Of a DNA stretch of 64,000 bases, positions 1 to 11,531 are shown in pieces. Position numbers and translations under genes: made by a program. Source of the DNA: Macrostomum lignano (taxonomy: Eukaryota); assembly GCA_002269645.1 (NCBI GenBank), contig NIVC01001659.1, positions 190,455 through 254,454 on the forward strand, read 5' to 3'. The stretch's first letter is position 1; each line of letters starts with the position of its first letter. Below the pieces are notes generated by a model, which was not told the origin of the DNA, made no database searches, and saw only the letters and a list, made by a program, of their open reading frames with translations.

Positions 1-442
1 TTAGTTGCAGTGGCCATCTTCAGTATATTTGCATACAGTTACAGTCATGTGTATAATTGTCTATGGCCAAAGCCACACAACTAAGGCTGGGGATACACCA
101 TAAATATGCAAACAGTTATGAAAATATTCAGTCCCCAATGTTTTTTAAAGAATATTTTATGCTTCTAAAAATTCTTACTTTTTATTTTGTTGGGTGACTG
201 GCGATGGCATGTGTGCCTAAGTGCCTAAGTGCCTAAGTTGAGATGGTATATAGAAGTAGCCACTGCCATGCCATCAGTCAACTAAGTTTCAATTATAAAC
301 GATGTATTTCTGATGCATTTAGACTTTTGTCAATTTGTTATATTGCAGTAATCTTTAAATATAAAAAAATGCTTAGGTAACTTAGGTCTGTAAGTGCAGC
401 CAGTGTACACTTAGCTGGACTCTCCTAACTGCTTCAGCAGCG

Positions 443-1560
443 ATGGGCAAGCTGGACAAGTTCGTCCAAGTCGGCCGCGTGGCCTTCATTGCCAACGGCG
501 CGGACTCCGGCAAGGTGTGCGCCATCGCCGAGATTGTCGACCAGAACCGCGTGCTTATCGACGGCCCCTGCACCGGCGTGCGCCGGCAGGTGTGCGACAT
601 GAAGCGGCTGCATCTGACCGGCTTCCACCTGCCCCTGCCGCACTCTTCCCGCACCGCCGTGGTCAGGAGGAAGTGGCTGGCCGCCAAGCTGGACGAGCGC
701 TGGACTGGCACCAGCTGGGCCAAGAAGCTCGAGGCTCGCCGGCTGCGGGCCAGCATGACCGACTTTGATCGCTTCAAGTGTGCGCGGGCCAAGCAGGTGG
801 GTCCGGCTGCTGGCAGCTGCTCCGCTCCCTGATCAGTCCCTGAGCCTGCCTCTCCGCTCCGTGATCAGTCCCTGAGCCTGCCTCTCCGCTCCGTGATCAG
901 TCCCTAAGCCTGCCTCTCCGCTCCCTGATCCGTCCCTGAGTCTGCCTCTCCGCTCCCTGATCCGTCCCCGAGCCTGCCTCTCCGCTCCCTGATCCGTCCC
1001 CGAGCCTGCCTCTCCGCTCCCTGATCCGTCCCTGACTCTGCCTCTCCGCTCCCTGATCCGTCCCCGAGCCTGCCTCTCTGCTCCCTGATCAGGGTTGCTT
1101 TCACAACCACGAAACTTCACAACCGCGAAGCTTCATAACCGCTAAAAAGACTGCTATATATGAAAGTAAGTGGAAAAATTTTAGCGGTTGTGAAGTATCG
1201 CGGTTATGAAGTTTCGCGTTTATGAAATTTAGCGCATATGAAAGTAGGTGATTTAGCGGTTGTGAAGTTTCGCGGTTATGAAAGTGACAGCAAAATTTTT
1301 AGCGGTTGTGAAGTTTCGCCGTTATGAAGTTTCGCGGTTGTGAAAGTAGGTGATTTAGCGGTTGTGAAATTTCGCGTTGCCTCCGCTCCCCTGATCAGTC
1401 CCTGAGTCTGCCTCTCCGTGATCAGTCCCTGAGCCTGGCTCTCCGCATTCACCCGCAGATCCGCAACCGCATCGTGTCGGTGGCCATGGGCTCCCTGCGC
1501 AAAACCAGCAGTCCTAAGCTGCGCAAGCCAAACAAGAAACGCCATTTGCGAAAAGCTTAA
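443..1560 (+). CDS. RPL14: 60S ribosomal protein L14, 2 exons (443-796, 1459-1560)
   Basis: Exon 1 translates MGKLDKFVQVGRVAFI...DFDRFKCARAKQ. GT donor at 797, CAG acceptor at 1456-1458, phase 0. Exon 2 continues IRNRIV... to TAA at 1560, matching the eL14 C-terminal RNRI motif. Confidence 0.96.
821..1445. repeat. ~30-bp C-rich minisatellite in the RPL14 intron, split into two blocks (821-1091, 1380-1445)
   Basis: Repeated unit ctgcctctccgctccctgatc(a/c)gtccctgag is visible on both sides of an AT-richer insert. Confidence 0.9.
1092..1379. mobile_element. Foldback/MITE-like insert interrupting the RPL14 intron minisatellite
   Basis: cacaaccgcgaagcttcataaccgctaaaaa (~1118-1148) is the imperfect reverse complement of the repeated tttagcggttgtgaagtttcgcggttatga units (1180-1376). 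No clear target-site duplication (TSD). Confidence 0.5.
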
Positions 1561-1971
1561 ATTATCAACTTTGTTGATTGACGAAGTACCGATCGAGACA
1601 TACCTTGTGGAGTTAGTCTGATTGCAGGTTGAATACAGCGGATGAGCATATTGTTTATTGCTTACGTTCAACATGGACGATTGCTGAAGTAATTTGTTTC
1701 TGTTAATTGTTTTAAACAGTTTTTTTATTTTCCAGCATGATCATACCCTGAGCAATAAGTCTCAGATGAAGGTGTTTTCAGACTTCTGGTTAAGTTGTTT
1801 TCGATTTTCAATTGCCCCATAAGAAGAAAAGCAATTCAACTCAAACTGATCAATTCTGGAGCCCGCCATCAGTATGTTTTCTATATTAGTATATTCTATA
1901 GTACGAGTAGTTGGGCTTCCTTACTCAGAGCAGGTTTTATTGAGTTCTAAATGGCAACAGTCTCTGCTGAA

Positions 1972-2997
1972 TCAGACGGAGGTTTCGCTCATCTGGTCGT
2001 CGAACTGACTGCAGGTGGCGCTGATGAAGTTGTTCGGCACCTCGGCCGGGTGGTAGCGCTTCACGATGAACAGCCGTCTGTTTGGATCGACCTCTGCACC
2101 GTCCGTCGGGGGGTTCGCCTTCGAGTAGGCGGGGGCCTGTCGGAGAGCCCGCAGCTGCTCCAGGCGGGGCACCTCCGACTGACAGCTGCGGGACTCCCAC
2201 TCGGTCCGAGCTGGCTGATTCTGGCTGCTATCGGCAGCTCTGGGTGAGGCTTGCTGCTGGTGCTCATGGCGACCGGTTGGAGCCCCGCTTGAGGCTCGCG
2301 GCTGGTGCTCATTGTGGTTGGTGGGAGCCCCGCTTGATGCTCGCGTCTGATGCTCTGGTGAATCGCTGAGACTTCTAGTAGGAGCCTCTGAGCTGTTCTC
2401 CAAATGACTTGGACTTTTGGCTGAGGCCGGCAGGTTTTCATGCTGCTCGGCCTGCCTTGGCAGCTGATTGGTCCCCGGTCTCGGCCTGGCGCTCGGCTTC
2501 CAAGCGGCGCGACTTTTGAAGTCGAACACGGACCGCGGCACGTAGCAGGACTCCGGCTCGCTGTCGGTGTCGCCGGATCCAGCTTCGCTTTTCGCTGGGC
2601 TTGTGGTCGCTTGCAGGTGCTGCTCGGCGGCCGCCAGCAGTTCGCGACGCGTGTCTGGCGGCGGACGCCAGCAGCCAAAGCGCTCCTCGCTCCAGTCGAG
2701 CGAAGCCCGCCGCGTGGAGGCTGCAGCGGCAGGAAATTTCGGCTGCTGAAGCTGCCGATCCTCAGCTTCCGCCGCCTCCAGACTTTCCAGGAACAGCCGA
2801 ATCGTCTCGGTCGCTTCAACGTTGCTCTCTGCAGTCGAAGTCCGGCCGCCTGCTCGGTGGTCGGCCCCATCGACAGACTGTCTGCGCTGCTGAAGCAGCT
2901 GCCGGTTCTGCTGCTGGCGGCGCTGCTCTAGGTAGCGCTTGGCGCCTCCGTTGGCTGTCCGGGATCTCAGCGGAGGACTCGGGGAGCTTTGGGCCAT
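1972..2997 (-). CDS. Hypothetical 341-aa low-complexity protein (Q/S/P-rich)
   Basis: 1-kb ATG-initiated GC-rich ORF in non-repetitive sequence, ending in AT-rich DNA. No domain recognised. Confidence 0.55.
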   Translation of the reverse strand: MAQSSPSPPLRSRTANGGAKRYLEQRRQQQNRQLLQQRRQSVDGADHRAGGRTSTAESNVEATETIRLFLESLEAAEAEDRQLQQPKFPAAAASTRRASLDWSEERFGCWRPPPDTRRELLAAAEQHLQATTSPAKSEAGSGDTDSEPESCYVPRSVFDFKSRAAWKPSARPRPGTNQLPRQAEQHENLPASAKSPSHLENSSEAPTRSLSDSPEHQTRASSGAPTNHNEHQPRASSGAPTGRHEHQQQASPRAADSSQNQPARTEWESRSCQSEVPRLEQLRALRQAPAYSKANPPTDGAEVDPNRRLFIVKRYHPAEVPNNFISATCSQFDDQMSETSV

Positions 2998-4944
2998 GGG
3001 GAGTTTTGTGTCCGTGCCTTGCTAGCTGGCTAGTGTTGCATTTGTCTCGGGCAGCCCAAGCAATTCCCCAGTGCGATCGCCGCTGCTGCCATTTATCGTT
3101 GGGGCGCAATCGATAGCGAACCGCGTGGGCAGCCGTTCGGCTACAGTGACTTGCCAACCAGCATTGAAGTCTTCCTGAGCCGCTCGGAGGGACAATAGTT
3201 CCCCACAGCTTGTTAGCTGAGGGCAATTGTACCGACTGGACAGAGCCAATGCCATGCAACCAAACAACTGCCTTTGAACTGAAAGGCGAAGCAAGAGATT
3301 GAAGAAAGCTGAGTAGTAACAAATCCTTCTCCGCGTATTTCTTTGGCGCTTGGTGCGGTTCTAATCGATTATAATAGCAAGCCAGAAAGTGTACGAACAC
3401 TTCCAAGAGTATAGATAAATGCCGCTTAGCTGAAGATTTGAAAACGAAAATCTTGCACAGCTCTGATTTGAGGCACTGAACTGTGCAGGTACAGTTTGCT
3501 AACCAAAAATGGGGTTTTCCTGTAAATTAATGAGTTCAGTAGCCTAATTAGAGGTTGATAATCGATGCACGAGGTCAACTAATTATGCTACGAACTTTAT
3601 CAGGTCTTAATTGCACCTGCCTAGTTGCGTGCTCGCAAAACGGTTAGCTACACGCAGTGCGCTTCGTGCATAGTTTCTATAGAATTCGAATGCATCACAG
3701 TATGAGTAACAGCTGCAGGTTCCGCAGCGGAAACGCGGCGACTCGGAGCACTGCATGAATGCCACTTGACACGAGGGGCGGTGCGTAGGCCGCTGTGCCC
3801 GTGTGACATCGCTGATGGATCGGGCATTGTGCTTTAATGGCCGGCGTGCATTGCTGCCTGTGAGTTTTGCTTTTTGGCGACAGAATTGTGCTGGCTGTGA
3901 GGTGGGGCAGCGGGGCTTGCAGGGGTGGCGGCCTGTACGCTCGGGGCTCAGCAGCATCTGCGCAGTTGGTTGGCCGCTCGCCAGCGTACAAGGCGACCTG
4001 CGACTTGAGACCTGAAAACTTATTCTACAACTTGGAAAGGAGGGATACATGTATGAGCGGGAGACAAATATGGCAGAGAGAGAAAGAGCTCAGGTAGAAA
4101 AACAAGAATTTCGCCGTGAGTACAACTGGCCAACGTATAAGCGGTCTCAGTAGCGGACCTGTGCGTTGTGTCTCAAAAGCCTTGAAAGCGAAGTGGAGTT
4201 TCCAGCATTCTCAACTTGCTCGCCAGCCGACGCAGCTCTCTCTAAGGTAAGGCTAAGATAACATTTTCCGTTTAATCTCCCGGTTCTACTCCCACTAACC
4301 CTCTCGAACATTGGAAACAAGCAAATTTCATAAAAGTGCAGCATGGTGTTGCCGAACATCACAGAGCGTGCCGCTCTCCAAGAAAAATCTCATAAGCTGG
4401 TAAAAGGCTTGCAAATTTGGGCGGCTGTCTGCCATTTCTTATCAAGCAGCTCCAATATGCGGGGCAGATAGCTCGTAAATGCACGCCTACGATGAGAGCT
4501 GTCCACGAGGGTCAGGGCTGGACGCTCAGGCATGCATTTCAGCTTTTATGGCGAAAATGTTTCAACACTTGAGTGTGTACGAGAGTGCAGCATTAGCTAA
4601 AAGTTTTATTAGCTCTTCTCTGGCAGTGGGACAGACTTCTGTATCTGCGAGTTCTGACCGCGAAAATTTTGCCCATTTTAATGCAACGCACGTGTATTTG
4701 AAGCCGCGAGTTTTAGTTTTTGCTCAATCCGTTCATCAGGATTCTGTATTTCTAGGCAGGTCTACGTAGTACAGTATCAAATGAAGCTGTTGCAAAGTGC
4801 CGTAGTTTACCTTCATTACTCCTAATCCTGTCCCATTGCGATTGGTGAGTGGACTCACTTAGCAGTAGGCATCATTTTGTGCGTTATGCCCAAGGCAAAC
4901 TTCCAATAAACCACATTTAGGTTTCGTCGCCTTCAAGGAAATTC

Positions 4945-7659
4945 ATGGCGACCGCAGTTCCGGCCAGCTTCCTGTCGGCGACTGCGTTCAGCAGCGGCAG
5001 CTCGGACGAGAGCGACACTCGCGACAGCGCCGATGAAAGCGACAACGAGGCCGACGAGGCGCCCGTCGGGTCCGGCGCCGCTCGGCGAAAGCGCTACAGG
5101 CGGACCGCCTCCATGGGCCAGAAAGACGCCGACGCTTGCAACCCCAGCTGGAAGACGCCAGTCCGACGACGCATCTTGCGCAAGGACCGGCGGGCGACGC
5201 TCGAGATGCTGACATCTGACGATGACGTGAATTCGTACCAGGAGGCTCGGCCCAGCTCCTACCGCGAGCCGGTGGCCCGCAGGACTCTGCACGAGACTTC
5301 TAAGCATCTGAAGTCCTCCTTCGAGACGCTGTACAACCCGGAGCTGAATCGCCAGCAGACCACGGGGCCAGGCTTGCTAACTTCCAGCAGCTCAGAGTCC
5401 TTGGCCAGCGACGCTGCGAATACTCTCGCAACTGACACTTGGCAGCTGGCCAGTGGGCCAAAGCTCTCCAGCCCCTATCTTGACGTGTCCAGGCCGGCTT
5501 TAGACTCTCGGATGACACCCGAGCAGGCTGAGCGCAGGGGCGATGGTTTTCAGCAGGATGGCAGGGCGCATGAGGGCACCAGCGGCGAGATTTGGACCGA
5601 ATTCGGTGGCCACTCACCGGCAGTGCTGGATGGGCAGTGGAAAGCGTCGGAAAGCCGAAACTCGCAGCCGGTGAACCTGAGCATTCGAATGTCCAAGCCA
5701 AGCTTGCAGGTCAGCACTGACGCTCCGACGCACAGCAACGGTTCCTTCGGAGTCAACGTGGAGGTTGAGCTGAGCAGGTCAGTAGTGCCAGCAGTCGCAC
5801 CAGAGCTCCCTGTCAGCGAGCCATTGATCGGAAGTTTCAAACAGCAAGGACTGCCAACCGCGTTAAAGCCGGCGCCACTTCTGCCAGACAAGCCGAAGAC
5901 TGCGGCATCGACACGCAGTCGACGCGTCCTGCCGGCTGTGCCGGACTCGGCAGACCTGGAGGTGTCGGACCTGCTGCGCAGGGACGCTCCGTCGGAGGCG
6001 GCGTCGGCGGATTTTTCTGGCCGACCAAAAAGCGCTGTGGAGATTCTGGTGCCCAAAGGCCGCTGCAGCTCCATCCAGCAGCTGCCGTCCTCTGCCACCG
6101 TCTCGCAGCTGCTCCGCAGCCTGTTCCACAACCCCAGTCCGCATATTATGCTGCACCGAGCGCCCACCCAGCAGACGCAGCCTCAGCCGCCCCGAACGCC
6201 CATAGCGGAGCATGACGTCAGCGCGGAGCTGAATAAAGCAAGGCAAAAGTACACGCCGTTACGAGCGAGTCACGTGATTAATCAGCCACCGCAGCCGCAG
6301 CCGCAGCTAGCACATCCGCATGGCAACGGACGCCAATCCGCTGTGGAGATGTTGATGTCGAGACAGCAGCCAACGTCGAGATCGCTGGCTTCAACTCCGC
6401 AACAGCTACAGCAGATGCCGCGCAGCCAAAAACAATGGACACCGCAGCCCAGTCAGGGTAGTCGGCAAGAAGCGCACTCGCATTATGGCGCAACACCTAA
6501 GCAAGCTTCGAATATTCCTGAGCATTATAACTCTCGCAGCTCAAGCAGTTCTGCTGTCCATGGCGCAATTCATCACGAGCCATATAAAGCATCACCTCAA
6601 GGATACTCTCATCAGCGACATGCTTCACCGGCTTCAGTGGCTCCGCATGATCGACCACGCCACGAGCAAACAGCATACAAAGCGCTCTTCGAGTCGCCAC
6701 ATCTTCCATCACGAGCAGCTCAAGTCCAGCCTCGCAAAGCCCAGCCCAAAGCTGTCTCCCAAACAGCCCGATATTCTCCGCAAATAGCGCAAACTCCGGC
6801 GCAGGCGCCGCCATTACCACCTAGGCGAGCCAAGCAGCAGTTTCTCGGCCACCAGGTTCCCAGCCCGCATCAGCTGAGCCGCGCTCAGTGTGCTGTTGAG
6901 CAGCAGTTTTACAACCGGGTCCAGCCGGCGCCGAAGCCGCTCCTGTCAACCTACCAGTTGAGGGCACCGCCACCCCCAGTTGATGCCGGCGGCAGCGGTG
7001 AGGATGACAGCGGCTGCGGCCAGTCATCGGGCGAGTACCTGCTGGCCAGCGAGCCTACCAGGCCGGCAGCGGAGAGTCCCGCCAACCCAACTCGGATCCA
7101 GACCAACCCGCGCTCCGGCAGGACAGCCGCGACTCTCGAACCCAAGCCGAGTCAACTGCCGAGCGGACCGCACCTACCGCCTAACGCTGTACGCGTGCTG
7201 CCTCGCATGGACAACGTTGAGGTCGGGGAACTTCAGCGGGTGCTGGCTCTTCGACGCGAGCGAGCAGCAGCGGCCGCGGCCATGAAGAGTGGTGAGGGTG
7301 CTAAAGATGCCATCGAGGGGCTGGAGCAAATGTGCCGCGACATGCGACTTCACGACGACCAGCTGCTGGACGGCGCGGAGCGGCGGGACACCGCAATTCG
7401 AGTGCAAGCTTGCATGGAGTCTCTGTGGACTCCTCAGAGCAGGTCCGCAGCGACAAATGAACAGCAAAGTGGCCATTATTCCCATGATAGGACGGCCAGT
7501 GATCAGGTGCAACAGTTGGCTGCAGATCCCAGCTGCAGATATCGTCAAACTGCGATAGTGACTTCGAAAATGACGAGGCCAGAATCGGCTACACGTAGAA
7601 GCGACCCCCTCAACTCGAGTTTGCAGCCTCCAAATCAGCGGCATCACAGAGCTGGGTAA
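4945..7659 (+). CDS. Hypothetical 904-aa single-exon, largely disordered protein
   Basis: 2.7-kb uninterrupted ORF in non-repetitive GC-rich DNA with AT-rich flanks. Acidic N-terminus, basic clusters (RRKRYRR, RRRILRKDRR), Q/P-rich middle, short helical C-terminal segment. No family recognised. Confidence 0.7.
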   Translation: MATAVPASFLSATAFSSGSSDESDTRDSADESDNEADEAPVGSGAARRKRYRRTASMGQKDADACNPSWKTPVRRRILRKDRRATLEMLTSDDDVNSYQEARPSSYREPVARRTLHETSKHLKSSFETLYNPELNRQQTTGPGLLTSSSSESLASDAANTLATDTWQLASGPKLSSPYLDVSRPALDSRMTPEQAERRGDGFQQDGRAHEGTSGEIWTEFGGHSPAVLDGQWKASESRNSQPVNLSIRMSKPSLQVSTDAPTHSNGSFGVNVEVELSRSVVPAVAPELPVSEPLIGSFKQQGLPTALKPAPLLPDKPKTAASTRSRRVLPAVPDSADLEVSDLLRRDAPSEAASADFSGRPKSAVEILVPKGRCSSIQQLPSSATVSQLLRSLFHNPSPHIMLHRAPTQQTQPQPPRTPIAEHDVSAELNKARQKYTPLRASHVINQPPQPQPQLAHPHGNGRQSAVEMLMSRQQPTSRSLASTPQQLQQMPRSQKQWTPQPSQGSRQEAHSHYGATPKQASNIPEHYNSRSSSSSAVHGAIHHEPYKASPQGYSHQRHASPASVAPHDRPRHEQTAYKALFESPHLPSRAAQVQPRKAQPKAVSQTARYSPQIAQTPAQAPPLPPRRAKQQFLGHQVPSPHQLSRAQCAVEQQFYNRVQPAPKPLLSTYQLRAPPPPVDAGGSGEDDSGCGQSSGEYLLASEPTRPAAESPANPTRIQTNPRSGRTAATLEPKPSQLPSGPHLPPNAVRVLPRMDNVEVGELQRVLALRRERAAAAAAMKSGEGAKDAIEGLEQMCRDMRLHDDQLLDGAERRDTAIRVQACMESLWTPQSRSAATNEQQSGHYSHDRTASDQVQQLAADPSCRYRQTAIVTSKMTRPESATRRSDPLNSSLQPPNQRHHRAG

Positions 7660-8353
7660 AGATTGAAAGCTATTGTTGAATTTTGTATTTTTAGAAAATT
7701 AGATGTATGTTTACAGACTACTACTATACATGTACAAGTCTCCTTGATCGTATTTTCTAACCTTAAGACGGTACTCATAATTTATTTAAAGTCGCATGTC
7801 ACACTTTGCACAACGCTTTACATGTGCGTATAACAATTTTCACAGTCAATCATTTTTATAAATGTCAACAAACAGAACATTTCTCATCTTTATTTCCAGT
7901 CAAGATCGTGTGCTGCTTCTACCTGGGGAGCAGGAGTCAGGACCAGAAATAATTCTGTAATCCGGTCAGCAACGCAAGAGGCACTTCAACCTCAACAGTC
8001 AATATTTTACGATAACTAAATCTATGTACAAGTGCACAAGCACGAAGCATACATGTACATTTGCATGATCATTAGAATACGATTTTTTACTTTAAAAGTA
8101 TCCACAAGTACGCTCGTACATGTACACTCAGCTGTTTATTTGTTTATTGTTACTGAAAATTATCAATATTAAATATAGCCAGAATTGTTACAGCATAGTC
8201 AATAATGAAAAGCGATTTCACAAGTTTTTCTTAAAAATTGAGCAAGAACAGCTTGCGAACTCTCTGTCAATGGACATTATTGCACCCAGCAGTCCTTAGT
8301 AGTGTTTTCAAAGGTATATGTAACATAGACTACTAGGTATATACATGTAAGCA

Positions 8354-8465
8354 GGGGCGTCGCCACCAAGGGGGGGGGGGTAGGGGAGACATGCCCCCCC
8401 CAGTGAAGGCTATGGGGGGCATGCCAAAGCTTGCCCCCACCCACCCCACCTTGTGACCCGTTGGG
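8354..8465. mobile_element. Short GC-rich MITE-end-like fragment (CAGGGGCGTCGCCA...G-run/C-run)
   Basis: GC island with G and C homopolymer runs inside AT-rich DNA. No partner end found. Confidence 0.3.
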
Positions 8466-8529
8466 GAATTAAGAATTTGGCTTAGGGCGTCATATAATAT
8501 TGTAATTAATTAACATAATTGATTACACC

Positions 8530-9090
8530 GTACCTGCCCTTGATGTGGAGCACAATAATTGCCCGCAGTGCAGTTTGCCCGCCGAGTTTTGCCAGCAATG
8601 TTTCTTTATGCAACTCATTTAGCCTCGCGGCAGATTATGTCTATACATTTGCCCGCCCCCAATGCTTAGTACCGCGTAGTGTACATGTACAGTATAACAT
8701 GTCTTAATAAAGAGATTTGGGGGACAAAGCGACACGTACAGCATATGATGAGTTAATAGCTCACCGATGTACCCCTGGATGGATATATAGAACTGAATGC
8801 CTACAAGAAAAATATGAATTTGATATGCAGTAACAATCAAAAGGTTTCGATCGGGTACATGTTGATCTCTTCATTAAGACTTACAAGCGTTAAGGGGAGG
8901 CAATGCAGACAAAATCTGCCGCATGGCTATATGCGCTGCAGGAAAAAAGCATTCCGGGCAAGGCCATTCGCTCGGGGGAAATTCACTCGCAGGCAAATTG
9001 CACTAGGAAAATCTCGGCGGGCAATTTTCTCGGCAGGTATGCAATTCCTCTGCGGGCAATTCACATGGACCTGCCCTGATGGGCAGATGT
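8530..9090. mobile_element. MITE-like element with imperfect long inverted repeats
   Basis: AATTGCCCGCAG (8557-8568) pairs with CTGCGGGCAATT (9050-9061), and TTGCCCGCCGAG (8575-8586) pairs with CTCGGCGGGCAA (9013-9024). Both are perfect 12-bp inverted pairs in nested order around an AT-rich non-coding core. Confidence 0.6.
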
Positions 9091-9659
9091 GCAACCGACA
9101 GATCAGCCGCAGCTATTGCGCAGCGCATCTGAAGGCTGCGTACTGAATCCCAAGGACTGGGCCGGGTCGCCACACCCCTCAATTACACACTAACTGTACC
9201 CCCAGCTAATTCTGGTACCCAACAGGGTGAACACCAATTCTGTTAGATGTGCAATGTTCCAACTGCTACTACGAGTAAACATTCAACCTTCCGTAATCGG
9301 TTCATTTGAGCAGGATGTTGGTCCCTAAGTGTATTTCGATTACAACTTGTCGTTGTCGCGGGTTCAATTATTTTATAAATAGTTTAACAAAACTTTACAC
9401 AGCATTGTATTTTACTAACCAGCAAGCATTTGTATTCAAATCTATTTACTGTTTAAAAACCTTGTTCACCATTTTTTCATGTGTTGATGAAGCAAGTCAT
9501 TCATAGAAGAGTTTTCTTTGAAATAGATGACGTGACGCAAAATTGAAAAGTTGACTTGATTCACAAGGTTACAGCTAAAGTACCGAACGACATAGGCCCC
9601 CTACGGCCTACTTTAAGGATGAAAAGCAGTCACCAAAATCAAAAGCAAAACTTAAATAA

Positions 9660-9920
9660 TATTTTATGTTAATTTTTGGTTTATGGTGGCATCGCTATTT
9701 TGGTTTTCAGCCAAAAGCTTTTGGTTTGGTTTTGATATTTTGGATTTGTGATGTTTCGGGTTATGATGGGCGTTGCTTAGTACTAGCCATTGCATTGATA
9801 TATTCTTGGTTTGGGATATTTCGGCTTTGTGTGATATTTCGGGTTTATGATATTTTGGGATTGTGATTGTAAGCACTTTTCAGTTCAGACTCAGAGTTGT
9901 GATATTTTGGGTTTGTAATG
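9660..9920. repeat. Degenerate short tandem repeat (gtgatattttgggtt-like)
   Basis: Recurrent gatattt(t/c)gg(g/a)tt(t)gtgat motif, about 6-7 times. Confidence 0.5.
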
Positions 9921-10499
9921 CACCACAAGGCCCCAGCCTCCCTTGATATATATGTAGGCCTGGCCTATTTAGTTTTCTATTCCATGCTCCTAATAATAAT
10001 AAATCGATTTTTCGACAAATACTGGTATCATTGGGCCATAGCAACATAGCCTAGCCATAGGTATCTATTTTGTCAATTTAAATTTTTTGTTCTAAACAAA
10101 TTTAATGAAAAAAACTTTATTAAGCCTATGGTATAGTCTATTAACAAAAGTAAACATAAAATTTTAGCAAATAACTGATTTCAATATAAATACAATAATT
10201 GAGTAATAATAGAATATGATATAACAAAATAAAAGCTAAAAGCATTGATAAATAAACCTAAGTTCTAACATGGAATCTTCTAGCTCTTATCTTTATAACT
10301 AGCTAGGCTATTGAAATGGGAGTTGTTATTACTTATTGCTATAGTTATGGACTTAAGTGAGATTTTAAAGGTTGAAAATGATGCAAAAAATGAAAATTCC
10401 TAAAACTTAAAAATTTGATTGTTATGTATTGAACTGGTTTTTATAAAAATCCAAAATTGTCTAAGAAACTTGGACAGAATAGTTAGTCACATGATTGCT

Positions 10500-11340
10500 C
10501 TTAGCCAATAGCAACTTACATGTATGTGTTGCCAGGTAAATCCTTAGGTTGCACAGTATATGAGGGACAGTGCCTCTGGATTGCCTGCAGGTAGTGCAGT
10601 TTGTCTAAATTGAGTGGTGCTAGGTCCTAATCCACACTTTGATGTGCAAGTTGATGACACAGCCAGGAATCAAGACAAGGGATTTGGGAGTTGGGACCGA
10701 GAAAGGAGCCAGAGGTGCCAACTTTTGCAAAGGTATCAGCCAACTCATTTCCTCAGATCTCCATATGCCCTAGAACCCACTTAATGATGATTTTATTGGT
10801 GGAGCCCAACATGTTGAGAAGTTTGATACAGTTAAGGACTGTAGCAGAATTGGTACTACAGCCATTGATGGTATGCAAGGCAGCTTGGCTGTCCAAATAG
10901 AAAATGATATTCTTACTAGTTATACCAATGGCGAGAAACTGCAATGCAGGAGCTGATGGTAAGAACTTCATTTTGGAAGACACTAGAGTTGACCCCAGTG
11001 TACTGAGCATAGGTTGCGATGACCCTCTCATTCAAGAAGATTCCAATACCAAAACCAGTGTTGGCTGACTGCTAAGAACAGTCAGTATAGCAGTGAAGCT
11101 CACCAGGGTTCTAGTGGTCATTGATGGTATTGCACAAGTCAATAGCTATGGAGTAGTGTTGTCTCAGGTTAAGCATTGAAGCAATGCCATTGGGGAAAGC
11201 AGGATTGGCCTGACACTTGTTGAGAATATTGAGGCATAGGTTGCTATGCGGGATGAGGTTCCACTTAGCAGGTGCCCTTATATAAAGGAATTTGACACTG
11301 GCATCAAGTAAACACCGCATTGTTCTAGCCACTTCACCCT
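10500..11340 (-). mobile_element. Decayed non-LTR retrotransposon fragment, RNase H domain (stops and frameshifts)
   Basis: Minus-strand frames give the RNase H motifs in order: LHCYTDCS*..GFGIG, VFQNEVLTI, IIFYLDSQAAL, IKWVLGHMEI*GNELADTFAK. This is the pattern of RNase H-bearing LINEs (I/Loa/R1-type). Confidence 0.82.
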
Positions 11341-11531
11341 TGATTTTAAGTCATTATTCCCTATACTGCTATAATAAAGTTTTCTTTAAAACCATTGAAG
11401 GTCTTATGACTTTGCCAATGTGTAGACCTATACAAATGTATAAAAATAGGGTTTTGCTAATGTCAATGAATAACTTATTAAATAAATTATATAGAATACA
11501 TTAATAAATAAATTTAGGATTATTTACCTAT

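Noticed and set aside
1640-1790. Possible snoRNA downstream of RPL14 (GATGA...CTGA motifs)
   Set aside because: Box C is not canonical, there is no terminal stem, and the segment is not within a demonstrated intron.
3400-4900. Several 70-147 aa ORFs between the divergent hypothetical genes
   Set aside because: Overlapping, no consistent codon bias and no recognisable domain.
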